Origin: Rhizodiscina lignyota
Taxonomy: Eukaryota
Assembly (NCBI GenBank): GCA_010015805.1
Contig: ML978121.1
Span: forward strand, 372,001 to 436,000
Direction of reading: 5' to 3'
DNA: 64,000 nucleotides
Shown in pieces: positions 23,115-36,364 of this stretch. Numbering within the stretch: position 1 is the first letter of the stretch; each line of letters begins with the position of its first letter. The notes below the pieces were generated by a model, which was not told the origin of the DNA, searched no databases, and worked only from the letters and a program-made list of their open reading frames with translations. A program made the translations under genes and the position numbers.

Positions 23115-24901
23115 CTACACGATGGGAGCATAGAAGCTGAACCTGCCCTTTGGATCATAGAGCTTCTTCAACTCCCTTAGCTTCTGTATCCTCTTTTCAT
23201 CGTATCCGTAAATTTCTTCCGTCTTCTCATCGCCTGTTCCATATCCGATGTAAACCTGTGCATTCTTCTCTCCAGAGCCGTCTCTCAAGATTTTCCGAAT
23301 CTCCGCACCAGCCCTGGTAGCCAGGGCGTTGTTCTCCGCTTTCGAGTACATTATTGAGGTAGAGCTGTTCAAGAGGCAAGTCATTAGATCTCTTCGTATA
23401 ATACGTTTTGCGGTACTGAGTGTCTCCTTACGTGATATAGTTTCCCAACCTGTCCGCTACGCTCGTCTCTTCCTCATTCACCTTTCTCACCGCCTGATGG
23501 CTGTACCCTTCGAAGATCATCCAACTCCTGCGGAAGTCCTCATTGTTTGCCAGCAGATTATCAAACTTCTCATATGCAGCACGCTGCGCCTGCAAACTAT
23601 ACTTCTGGAGAGTGATTGGGAAGCCCTGAAATAGGGAGCCGCGCGCACAGCCAACTGAGTCCTCCGCATATCCCAAAGCTTCGGAAAGCCCCGAGTATTT
23701 GACTTCTTGGGTGTTCGTAAAGATGGGTCCTAGCTCTCGGAATGGAGGCGCGTATTTCTCGACCTCGGCCAACAGACCTTCGTATATCAATCTCTGGATG
23801 ACGACGGGCTGCGAGGTCTCAATGCATTAGAAGCGGTACGAAGCAACTTTAGGCTCGATATATGTTTGGCCAGAGGACTTACATGCGCAGGGTCAATGTC
23901 TGGTACAACGGCATACAGGGAAAACTCGATGAATTCCGCCGGCCGTAAGAGCACATCGGTCCCATTCTTCGTGAGCGCATTCACCTCCCGATAGAGCTCC
24001 TCGATTTTGTCATTCGTATAGATGAATGTCATCACCACCCAATTGTCTACCGGGGGCATGTCGTATACTTTGTACGAGTACTCCGTCACAATGCCAAAAT
24101 TCTGCCCTGCTCCTCTGATCGCCCAATACAAATCGGGATTCTCATCGGCAGAGACGGTAACAGCTGTGCTGTTTGCGAGAACGAGGCGAGCTTCGAGAAT
24201 TTGGTCGGCGAGCAGTCCATATTGGCCCTGTAGTAATCCGTGGCCGCCTCCAAGCGCGACACCCATCATACCGGTGCACTCACAGCCGCCGGTCACTTTT
24301 CAGGATCAGCAACCTAGTTCTGCGGTGAATCATCTCAGAAATTGGAGTACAAGCTTACGAGAACGCTTTCCGTGGCTCGAGAAGAACTTCTCCGCCTCGC
24401 CGCTTTTCAAGCCACCACCAAGCCGTGCCGACTTGCCATCCGTATTCATCTCTGTCTTCTTCATCTTGCGTAAGGAAATGCCGATACCGTTTTCTGCACC
24501 TTTAAGCTTGGTGGTCCATGCATGGCCGCCACCGACGGTAAGGAATGGGAGAGAGTGCTCATTCGCGTATTTAACCTGCGATATTCGACATTAAGGCTCC
24601 ATCGCCGGGATTTGAGTAATAGTGGAATGCTAACAACAGCTTGGACGTCCTCTTCCGTCGAGGGCTCTACGAGTGCCTGATACTGAGGCGCGGCATAATT
24701 CTCCCATCTTTCGCTAGCTGCTTCGAAACCCGAGTCTCCTCTTATGTATAAAGCTGAGCTCTGAGATAGCTGCTGGCTAAGCTCTGCTTTGACGTCGCGT
24801 ATCGATGGTAAGAAGAAAGAATCGAAGAGAGTCGTTTGTTGCCATGCGAAATACGCCAGTGCTGCAATTGCTACAGACAGGACGAGTGTGAGTCGCTCCA
24901 T
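23115..24901 (-). CDS. FAD-linked oxidoreductase (PCMH/berberine-bridge-like), N-terminal signal or anchor
   Basis: Hydrophobic N-terminus, then VEPSTEEDVQ, FLTVGGGH, TGGCECTGMMGVALGGGHG, DLYWAIRGAGQNFGIVT and C-terminal KLRELKKLYDPKGRF. Several introns. Confidence 0.9.
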
Positions 24902-26946
24902 CCTGACCGTGGCATTAGGGGACGCCAGAGGAAAGACTTGCAAAGAAGTAGGAAAACAAGCAGTTATATCGAAATCTTATTATGCCCCACAACCCCAGTT
25001 TTGCGTATACATATGCTTAATCCGGATAGTACTAGTGATGACATAAACCTCCATGCTTGGCTGCCGAAGAGATTATGATTCAAATGTTGAAGTCTTAGAG
25101 CTTAGAAAGGATCGAAGGGTGTGTGGCGCCTCCTGAATAATCCAACTTCCCGGAGAAAAGCTGATGCTTGTCGTGGAAGCAGGTTGCAGCTAACCATTAA
25201 GGAATGCTCCGTGAACAGTATGATGCAAATGCGGTTAGTGGTAGCTTGAAGATGGTAAGAGTAAGCCATTTGAAGCACACATGTAATCGAAAAATTATGT
25301 CGCAGTTTGAAGCCAAGAACGGAATGAGGTAAGATAACAAACTTGGCCACCTTTTTTCCTCTCTCTACTATCAACGGAAATCTCAAGCTTTCTGCAAGGT
25401 TTCCGTGATGATTGGGTATAGTGTCAGGCCTGAGTCAGCATACGAGCTCGCCGCGCACTCTGAATAAACATTCAAACCCTCTAATCTTGTGTGAATTCGC
25501 CAAATTGGGTAACGGTGTGACAATTATTGTTTTAGCTTTCGTGCGAGAAGACTGCCCGGGAATAAAGCGTCTTCATAGCGCGCTCAGCTGCATCATTAAG
25601 GAAATCATAAGCGCGAGCTCGGATTCTAAGTCTTTACAATTTCTTCTGCAAAGCTGATGACAATTTAGTAGATCGTGTTAGTTGACTTGGCCAACATGAG
25701 CGACAACAGAGCCTGTCTGTATGGCAAGGAGCTAGCTCGTTCGACTACGATATCTTCTAGCCGATTAAACCGAACGATTCGATCGCGTCTCGATGTAGTG
25801 GCACACGACCAAGATATAACAGCGGGGATAGTAGACTTTCCCAAGTCGGCGCAAAAGATATGAATGGGGTCTAATGACGGTCGAATCCATCTTATCGCGA
25901 CTAAGTGAAGGTACACCTCCGCCTTAGAGCCTTCAATCACAAGGTGCGTCCACGCGGCGCAAACCTGATTGAGGAAGGCGAAACAATTAGAATAGTGATC
26001 CTGATGTAAAGGATGAGCCCGGCAGAAGGAAGTGGACTGGTCAAGAGCACGCGCCTCTGGGTGCTGGAGAGGTCAAGTTGAAGAACTCTGGTCGCGCAAA
26101 TTCGTGAATTTTCGTAAGTCCGCGCAGCCTAGGTTTGTACATCCCGCGTAGCATCGAATACATCCTCCACGCGCAAACGGACGGAAGTACACATAATCGC
26201 AAGACACTGACAAGTGATAGGTTGTGTCATGATTTCAAGCACTGCAGTTTACAAACTGCCATTGATTCGGCCCACTCCGAGGTCGGCATCCCAACACTGG
26301 TACGGAGAGGAGCTAGATATGCCAAGGCAGTTCGTCCTCGCTGTGGAGCGAGACAAAGTCTCAGGGGTTTCCACCATTTTCCACCATACGGGAAAAAGAA
26401 TTGGCAATACTTCGGCATGCCGCGTCAACGGGCAACCGCAGAGCCGCATCGCTTCGACACTCGAAAGCCTTTGCGCCAACGTGAACCACAGAGGGCCTGG
26501 ATTCGACATGGGATGGATGGTGGAGGGGATCGAGGGCGGGTTAGTTAAACCTCAGGGCGCATCTCGGGATATTCCCGACCTTGCCAAGACTTCGCTTGGC
26601 CATGTCGTGGCGCTCCGCCTAGTCCAGGCTCGGGAAGATGGTCCGCCTGTCGTCCAACCATTTCTCAGCCTCAGGGAGCATCGCGCCCTCCCGCTTCCTC
26701 ACAGGAACGGACTAAGGAGTAGGTAGCGCCATCTCGTATGAATCCGAACAAAATCAACCAAAATGAGCACCGGAGAGAACGTGGCTTGCCGGCAAAGCGC
26801 CAGTGACCAGTCTGCCTTGTGGGGACTTTCATTATAACCCGCTCGTGTCCGCGCACTGGAGGAGTCTCGATGTTGTTGCTTCATAGGCTCAGCCTTGCGT
26901 ACATTCACATTCGTTTCCGCGCTCCAAGAACAGATCTGATGGTTCC

Positions 26947-28328
26947 ATGACAAACATGAAGAGCCTTGTGTCTGCTTTCTACTCAATCTGTCTCCTTTCT
27001 GGAGTTGTGACTGCGCTCGATGCGCAATTGCCTCGGGCAACGGACGCGTTCGAGCATTTGGCCAGCCTTGCGCAAGGATGGACTCCAATGCCGACAGCTG
27101 CGCCAGCAATGAGGTTCGACCTGGTGAGGAGACAAGATGAATCTTCCGGAACCGGGTCTGGCAGCTTCTTGGGCTGGTATGTCAACGACAATACATGCGG
27201 CTACGTCGGCGGATCGTTGGGTAGGACTGGACGACGTGAAGGAGTGACTAGAGCTAATGTGGATCTTAGGTGGCATGAAGACTTGTGGCACCACGGAGTA
27301 CTGTCTAGCGGCTCTAGATTCTAGTACTCGCGGCGTGCTGGGATGCTGTGGTTCTGCATCTAATGCCCCTTGCACATGGTATCAAGCATGTGTTGATTTC
27401 GCAAATTACTTCTCGTCGTCGGCATGCGACCATGTTTGCCAGCAAGACATCAACACGCAGAAATGGTGCGCCTTTGCTCAAAGTCAATTACTTCTGTCAC
27501 CTGGTTACTGATGTTCTGCACAATAGCATTGAAGCAACAGCGCCTTATTGCTTCGGTTATACCATGCCCGGCCTGAGCGCGACTTACTATTCGTGCGACT
27601 CGGTGACCACAGACGTTCTCCAGCCCTTCCTTACAACCTTCCAGGGCGAGACCGACGGCAGAACATGGACTGGACTTTACGACACATCCAGTGGGGGCAG
27701 CAGCAACACTGTGAACTTCCAAACACCAACGTCAAGGTCTGTGGGATCCACCACTACGTCGTCAGAGGGGGAAACAAGCACTTCCGGCAGCGGAAACAGC
27801 TCGTCAGATGCGTCTGGGTCCAGTCCGACTCCCTCCAAGAAGAGTAGTACTCCGGTTGGCGCCATCGTTGGAGGTGTCGTTGGTGGACTGGCGGTCATTG
27901 GTATCGCGGTCGGGGCTATCGTCTGGTTTTGCCTGCGCAACAAGCGCAAGGAAAAGGCAGGTGCTGCAGGCGGCGTTTCGCAACAGCCGGGCCTGCCTGG
28001 ACCACCGCCGATGGATCAGACGCAATACCCACAGGGATATGCCGCTGTCCCACAGCAGCCATATGGGCAAGAATACTACCAAAAGCAACCCATTGAGACG
28101 ATCGCTGGTGCGCCACCGCAGTATCTGGACAAGCCTCAGCAAGGTATCCCGCCTCCGAATATGGTCCCTAGCCCCGTTTACTCGCCGCCTCCGCAGAGTG
28201 TCTCACCAATGTCACCGAGCAGTACTGCCGGTGCGGTCGAGCTTGGCGGAGACCAGTATCATCCGGTTGTGGATGGGCATGGGCAGACTGTACACGAAAT
28301 GGGAGACGGAAGAGGCGCGCTTCATTAG
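26947..28328 (+). CDS. Single-pass membrane protein: signal peptide, Cys-rich ectodomain, Ser/Thr stalk, TM helix and Pro/Gln/Tyr-rich tail (Mid2/Skg6-like architecture)
   Basis: Signal peptide, LVRRQ dibasic site, Cys-rich exons joined by introns at about 27221-27269 and 27466-27526, TM GAIVGGVVGGLAVIGIAVGAIVWFCL followed by RNKRK. Confidence 0.82.
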
Positions 28329-28615
28329 GGATGAGCTCGGGAGAACCAATATAAAATAACAAGATACCTTTATATATTGAGATGATTCTGTCTATACGTT
28401 TGCATTGTAGCATGGGGCAGGAGTCTAGGCAGGGTGGATATATAATGGACAGGAATCTGCCCGACCACGGCCATAGCTTGTATATACCTTCTCGCTCGTA
28501 TTATAACATGAGATATTGAAGCTCTAGTACGCAGTTACACGGGATATCGCGCATTGTACAAGCACCCGGGAATCGTAGAAACTCCGAAGCAGGATCGCCG
28601 GCACCAAATGTCTTT

Positions 28616-30512
28616 CTACATCTTCGCTCCCTTCCTTCTCCGCTCCTCGCGATCGCGGTCTCTTAGCAGCCGTCTCAATATCTTACCTGACGGGCTCTTT
28701 GGGATGACGTCGACGAACTCTACGCCGCCCTTGAGCCACTTGTGCCTGCTCTTGGTCTTCTCAACGTGGCGCGCGATGTCGCGCTTAAGCATTGCGTCCG
28801 ACTCTTCCAGCCCCACAGAGGTGGACTTTACGATGTACGCTTTGGGCAGTTCGCCGGAGTCTAGATCGGGAATGGAGATGACGGCACAGTCGCCCACAGC
28901 TGGATGTGTGAGGAGATGCGCCTCAAGTTCCGCCGGTGCGACTTGCATACCCTATGATCTAATGTCAGTACACATTTCATGGACGAGGACCGAAAATATC
29001 AAGACCTACCTTGACCTTGATCAATTCCTTGATGCGATCCGTAATCCACACGTGCTCGTGCCCGCTCTTCGGATTCTTCCTAATCATCGCCTCGTCGCCC
29101 GTTCGCATCCACCTCCCGCCCTCTCCATCCTCCGCAAACGTCTCCGCCGTCGCCTGCTCATTTTTCAAATAGCCAAGCACGACGGATGGGGCCTTGAGCA
29201 ATAGCTCGCCTCTCTGATCGTACCCGTCGATGTCTACCCCTTCCATTGTCACGATCCGTGCCTCGACCCCAGGTAGCAATGAGCCAGAGGATCCGAGCCA
29301 GGTATCATTGACCCAGGTGGAGCAGACGACCGTAGAAGTCTCAGTGAGGCCATAGCCTTGTCTTATTTTCCAATCCGGATGTTGACGATTGAGATCTACG
29401 GCTGTTTCCTCACCCAATGGTGCCGCGCCGGTGAAGATGGATTTCACACAGCTCAAATCGTACTGCTTCAGAAGCGCTTCATTCTTCCCAAATAGCACGA
29501 TGATCGGGGGCACCAGAAACAAGCCTCCAATCCTGTAGTCCTGGATCGTTTTCAGTGTAGTCTTGAGATCGAACTTTGGCAGCACAATGACTGTATCTCC
29601 ACGGTACACGGAGCCGTGGCAGATCACGACGAGCCCGTAGATGTGGCTCATCGGCAGGAGTCCCAGGCAGTTCTCGAGATACTCATCCTCACCAGGTTTC
29701 TTCCAATAGTCGCGTGACAACTTGTCCATCAGTTTGATCTGTATGGAGTTGGCCATGACGTTGTAGTGCGATATCATTACACCCTTGGGAGCTCCTGAAG
29801 TTCCGCTTGAGTAGCAGAGAAAAGCGACGCGGCGTTTGCTCTCGCCCTTCTCCCATTTCAGATCTTCCAGCTCTCTGCATCCTTGTCCGAGGCCCATCAT
29901 GTCGTCTAGAGTGTAAACGCCCTTTGGCACAGAGACTGGCCCAGTAAATTCAGTGGGCATTTCCATCAAGTATATGTGATTCTTCGGAATGCCGCACTTG
30001 GATGCCGCTTTGATGGCTGTCTCGAGCAGCGGTAGGCAGGTAAAGAGGCATTTCGCACCAGAGTCTTGCATCTGGAATGCTACCTCTTCCGCTGTGTAAG
30101 CGGCGTTGGCAGGAGAGACAATGCCACCCAAACGATGGACTGACCAGCAAAGAGAGTTGTAGTCGATCTAGTTCAACAATATCAAACTTTTGCTCCTCCA
30201 AGACGCACCAAGGCCACGGACTACACTTACGGTATTCAAGCTGAATATCCCCACAACCTTGTCCCACTCCGACCCTTCATTCGGCTTCCAGCCCATCTCC
30301 TGGCCTAGTCCTCTTGCGAGGAACTGGACGCGATCTTGCACCTCCGCATATGTATATGTCTTTCCGCTGAGTCCACACGTGAACGGGTTCCGAGACTTCG
30401 CAAAACTGTAGCGGCCGTGTTTCTCGGACAGAATGAGGTCGCATATTGGAACATTGTCGGGTATGATGTCGAAGTCCAACTTAGGGACCCAGGAAGGCGG
30501 ATGGAATACCAT
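28616..30512 (-). CDS. 4-coumarate-/phenylacetyl-CoA ligase-like AMP-binding enzyme, probably peroxisomal
   Basis: Motifs YSSGTSGAPKG, QGYGLTE, WMRTGD, DRIKELIKVK|GMQVAPAELE and IPKSPSGKILRR. C-terminal -AKM is a PTS1 variant. Two introns. Confidence 0.93.
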
Positions 30513-32090
30513 GATGTCGGATTTCCCGGGGTTGATGGAAGCTTTCGCGGTTTGAGGATGTAGGAGAGCTCGAAGAAGGCCGCTTCTTATCTATTCGGAG
30601 GAAGGGAAGGTGTGTAGCCTCTGCGGACCGCCGATGTGGGCGAGTTTTCTGTCGTCTGGCCCGGCCGTAGCTTATGTCGGTGATTGAGGTCGGTGGTAGG
30701 TCGCTTAACCCCATATTGTGGGGAAGGGGCGCAGAGGGAGCCGAGGCTGATGAGTTAGTGGCTTTTTTCAACATCATATTTGGTGAAAGTACGAAGTGAC
30801 GTGGGGTGAGATTGGAGATATAAGAAATTGAATGCATAGAGTGGAAATGGGGATTCGAAGATGTCTCAATATGCATCGTGCCTAACATAATGCAGGCTTC
30901 CGGTTCGTGTAATCACATTTGGTTCTCGGCCGCCGGTAGGCTGGTACTACAGATACTGAGCAGATCCAGGAATCCTTGTGAGCACATGAATGAGATATCG
31001 GGAATAGGCATCAATTTAGATGTCGAGACTCGTTTCCAGCGACTGGTTCATAGAGAAATGGAGAGAGGGAGATACTTCGGCCTTGCGCGCTCGTCTTGTT
31101 CTTATATTCCTTCGGGACTGCAAGGCAACAAGGGCGGCCCTTTAAAGCGGCGATCGTTTTCCGGCGATTTGACTCGTCGGCGATTCTCGTGGAGCCAGCT
31201 GTATGTCAAGCTTCAGGTGACGATGGTACTCAATCGATATCCAGATCATTTCGTGCAATCGAAGACATTGATGCCAATTGAACTCACAGCCGATCGCTGA
31301 AGGATGCAGTTGCCGACTCTGATGAGTGACGAGCTGGAGAAGGGGTAACTGTTGCACAGTGGGGAAGATGCGGGTGCCATCTCAACCTCTCCTCTCTCTT
31401 TTCACTTGAACTCGCGTTCAACGTGACCCCGAAGACGATTCCCCAGCCCCATTCGGGCCAGGTGGTTGGGACCTGCTTCTTTTCAGCTTCTTGTCTATAA
31501 GCTTATTTTTGGACGAAATGATTCGCCCTCTTCTTCTCGCTGCAACCTTGATCATTTGACTGATTTCACATGTCACCCTCAACGAACAAAAGCCAGAAAG
31601 ACGAAACTTTTCAAACTTCGCATCATTGGACCATGAATTGACGACCATTACCACCGCCACAGAAAACTGACTACTTTGGGTCACCGTGTGGCTGGCGTGC
31701 TCAGCTAAGTGAGTCACTTTCCGCTAGCCTCGCTGCAGTTCCATCCCAAATTAGTACAATAGAGACGATTTGCATCTCTTGGGCAAACTGGTTTAATGCG
31801 TTTTGAATGAATAATGTATTCAAAAGGCTGGTGATGGGGTCGCTATTGTTGTAGTTCGGCTTGCTATTGTAGCTTGTTTCTATTGTCGCTGCGGCTTGCC
31901 AGCACAGTAACTTCTGTGAATGCCTCTCATGGATCATATATAATAACCCACTTCGCTTTGAACCTTTTAGTTCTAGGAACTTTTGATCTTCTAACCAGAG
32001 CCGAGCCAGAACTGCTTTGCCTGAAACTGGACTCGGCAAAATCGAAATATATGACACCTCGAACCTCGAAAACTTTCACTTTCTGCCGAC

Positions 32091-35000
32091 ATGGAGTCTA
32101 AAGCTCCCCCTCAGCTCCTGCGTGGTCTGGTTTCTTGGGAAGACCACAAGAATTCCTTTGCTAATGGCGCACCAAAGAAAGCGAGGGAAAGAAAACCTGT
32201 CAATCACTATGGATACGGTCCTCAAAACCCAACGCCAGATGGAGCTAGTCGCAGACCAAGCGCACCGAAGAAAAGGAAACTTCCAGAAAATGATGTCCAT
32301 CACTCTGACTCACCTGCTGCATCTGGACCCTCATCTCAAGGAGACAAGGCAGGAACTCGCCGTCATCGTAAGGCAAAGTCAGGCCAACATGGCATCAAGT
32401 CACCAACTGCAAGGGCCCCGGAACAACTTCATCCAGGCACTTCAGGGATGGCAGAAGCCTCGGGAAATATTCTAACTCAGGCAGCCGAGAACGACAGTGG
32501 ATCTAGTTCGAAGTCAATTGCGGAAGGCATGGCTCCAGAACATGAAGATAGTCCAACTGACGGCCATTCCAATGACACAACAGCTGCACCTAACTTCAAC
32601 ACCACCTCTCCAATCCCAAAGACATCAGTATCCTCCCTGGCCAATGGTGCTACCCTACCGACTCCAGACACAAGCCCGGTGGCTTCTCTGCCGAGCACAT
32701 CGCAGAATTCCACACTTCAGGCCGATCATGAATTCGTCTCATCACTGAGTTCTCATAACCACAACCTCGAAGGCGCTGTACATGCTGCTATAAACACCGT
32801 GACTCCTCTGTCAACTCCAGCAGCAATTCAGGATTCACTACCGCCTGTCCAACCGAGCACCTCAGCAACACAGCACTCTCACACATTAGACGACAGATTG
32901 AGTGACCAGAGTAACACAGTGGATCCAAATCCGCAGGACATTGCCACCCAGAAGCCATCTTTTGCTCCGAATGAGACCCAGCGACCTTTGGCCGAGGAAG
33001 ATGCCCAGGATATGGTCATCCAAACCGAAGAGCAGCACCAACCACCAGCACCAGAGAGTGAACTTGTGAAAGATGGGACTGTGTCGGCATCTGCAGCTAT
33101 TGCCGAGAAACCGAATGAAGATCAAACCCATCACACAGCCGTGTTTTCCACCCCCGATACGAAGTCAAGTATGCCCCAAGCACCACAGCAAGAGCTGGAC
33201 CCTAATGAACAAACACCGACATTGCGCCGAAGCAAACGTAAACCAATGCTCAGCAGTAAGGCCAAAAATGCTGAAAGATCATCGGCAGGTTTTGCCGCTG
33301 TGGATCAAGAAATGTCTGAGAGTGCCTCCCCATCTGACGAAGACGATGGAGACTTGGAGACTCGGACACCAAAACGGATACGATTAACCATGTCAAGCGG
33401 TAAACGCGATATGAAGAAGAATGGACGACAAACCCTGGATACTGGCAATATCGCATCGGCCAAGGGCAAACGCAAGCCGTCTCAGGTCAAGCCATCTCCA
33501 ATCAAGCCAAAACCTTCACCTTCGACAGGTCGAAAGCAAAAAAACCAGGACCCTGGCCAAGTACCACCAAAATCGCCTGCTAAGTTGAAGATTTCGTTGA
33601 AGACACTTGTTCCAAAGCTTCCCAACGTGCCACCGGAAGTTCAAATCGAGTCGCCGTATCCTCCACCAGCGTTGAATGCATCCGAAGCATCACGTTCTGC
33701 TGCTCCACTACTTCCAGTTAGCCAATTCCACGCTGGCTTGAGTTTGCAGAGTCCGAAGTCTCATTGGTCGGCGGTCACTGGTAAGATTGGCGCGGCAAAG
33801 AAATCGGAACACGGTCAGCCGCAACCATCGAAGAGGCGCCGCTCGGGTCCCAATCAACATGTCATCGCCGCAAATGATGGTTCTGACTCGGAATTCACCG
33901 AGTCTGCAGAGCTTTCAGACATCGAGGACCATCCTCCAGCTAAGAGGAAACGAAGTGATGGTGCAGTGAAAGGACGAGGACGTGCACGAGCCGGGAAAAC
34001 AAAGACCATTCCCGTACCGAAGGAGCTCTATAGATGGACCAACGTCCCCGATGAAGTTGTCGGCGCCGAACTCGACCCATCTTTGGATGCGGACCTTGTA
34101 CGCCTGGCTCACACTCTCCATGGCGCTGCTCGCGTGGCTTGCGAGACCAATCGGGAGGCCAAGCCTGATCCCGTTGGCAAACCCCAAGTCTGGGCGGATG
34201 AGAGGCAAGAGCTGTGCGAGAGTCTCCCATACTTCCGCTCTTACCAGGGTGGGTGCTACGCTAATGCACCATACGTCTTCGGCTTTATGTTCGATGGAGG
34301 TGTCACAGAACGCGACTACACCGACAGTGACGTTGTTATCGCCCGTGCTGGTGGTGGCCGAGGGGAGGACGCTGAAACCGGTGAGGTACAGGTTGTGAAA
34401 GACCAGACGGATGGAACTCAGGCCAAGTCACTCCAGAACAACATCAACAACTACAATCCTGTGGCAATCATTGCCGGCGCGCAAAATCCAACTTTGCGAT
34501 GCAAGGTTCAGCATACCTATAATGTATTAGGCTGGTTCAAACCAACACAGATTTGGCACGAGAAGCAACCGAAGACGGACATCCCACTGGTACGATACCG
34601 ATTTGAGAAGCTCCACCCCAGTCAACAGAGCTGGTGGGCGCCACGAGGTAATCCTGACCCAGTCGAACTTGGGCAGCTTGATCCACCTGTCTCTCAGTGC
34701 TGCAGTGCCTGTTGCAAAGAAAGTCAGCAGGTCTACATTCAGGGCTGGATGTGCCTTTCCTCCACTTGCGAGGCGTTCTGGAAGTTGTCAAGTGGTAAAG
34801 AGCCAGCTCATGAACATCTGAGATATGACCCTCGATTTCTGAAGCAGAAGACCGTGTGGCCATACACTTGCGAGCCAACTTCTCTGGTCCCGCCACTCAT
34901 GCAAGAGTGTGATGACGATCTTCTCGGACACAATTTCTCGCGCATGGCCGCCATGGGCGCTGTATGTGAGAAGTGCGGACGTTGCAACTCCAGGATCTTT

Positions 35001-36245
35001 TGGGAGAGGTGGGTCTGTGCAGCTCCTGGCTGCGATTGGACCTACCCACCACAGCCAGCAGTTGGCGAAAAGTACGACCCGACCCGTGAACAGCACAAAA
35101 AGATCATCCCTGCCAACGCCTTGGTCGATTTCTATCGTCCCTTCTCAACCGGCTTCCCGGGTGCTGCAGATACTGTCCATCCGTCGATACCCTCGCGCTC
35201 TTTCTTCCGATACAATTACCGCATCCAACTGTACATCATTCCCGGGTGCGGCTTCGTTGCTCACCTCTCGCCAAATCGCACCGCTCTCGACTCTGCTGGA
35301 GGTCCAAACGACATCTTCGAAGAGCTCCAGCATGCAGATATTGGCCTCCAACGACGCACTTTGTCGAACTCCAAAGTCAAAGGCTCACGTATGAGCAGCT
35401 TCACTATGAACTTTGGGATGCCATACAAGTTCGTAGCGGCGACTTCAAGTATGAGCTTTGATGATGCTCCGAACGGCGTGCTTGAGGCAAAGACAAGAAT
35501 GATCTGCGCGAGCAAGCTCGTCATTGACGATTTATTGACGGAGATTGCAGCTGAAGCGGGTGTCGCCAATCAAGAATACGAGCAGTTCAATGAGTGCCTG
35601 GCTCTCGCATACATGGAAGATCAGAGCATCAATTACCACGACGATGGTGAGGCCGGCCTTGGTCCGACGATCGCAACGGAGAGCTACGGCGCGCCTGGCG
35701 AGATGCGTCTGAGGATGAAGGCAATTCATTGGAACGGTGTCTCGAAAGAGGGTAATCTACTCATGGCCGAGCCAAAGCCGGGCTGCAAGAACTACGACCG
35801 GCGATTGGAGATGTGGAAGGAGCTTGAGGCACTGAAGGGTGCAGGAAGAGTGGACGAAGTGGCGCCGAAGGCAAGCGAGTTTGCGAAGGAGTTGAAAAGC
35901 AAGAAGCAAGTGGCACAGGATGAGGATGGCACAAAGAAGGCGAGGGAGAGAAAGATTGCGGATGATGCCGTGAAGATGCATTTGGGCCATGGTGACATTG
36001 TGATCATGCATGGAGATGGCGTGCAGAAGTACTATGAGGTATGTTCCACTAACATTTTAAACTCTTACTGAAATAGATGCTAACAATCTCTTTAGCATTC
36101 TGTCAGCCATAGTGGCAAGCTTCGGTTTGCACTTACGTGCAGACACATCCGTGCAGAGCACTTGAAGGCGGATGAGAAGCCGCCATATGAGGTAAAGCTA
36201 GACACGGAAGAATTTGATCTCGGTGCGGTGCTTGGGCGTGTTTAG
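32091..36245 (+). CDS. AlkB-like 2OG-Fe(II) dioxygenase with upstream SRA/SAD-like and Cys-rich domains and a long disordered basic N-terminus
   Basis: 1326-aa ORF. Intron 36039-36095 (GTATGT...GCTAAC...TAG) and last exon 36096-36245 supply HSV...LRFALTCRHI. The HxD motif is INYHDDGE, followed by IATESYG and LGHGDIVIMHG. Confidence 0.87.
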
Positions 36246-36364
36246 GCTTCAATTATATATAGGTAGACGAATATATTTGCTTCTTTGCTTGAGAGAACAA
36301 ATGGCATTGACACTCCACCGCAATTACAGCCAACCCTCCATCGTGACATTCACAGAGCAAGCAT

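Noticed and set aside
25100..26900. Several 60-170-codon ORFs in the divergent intergenic region
   Set aside because: No recognisable motifs, mostly non-ATG starts and overlapping frames. Consistent with chance ORFs.
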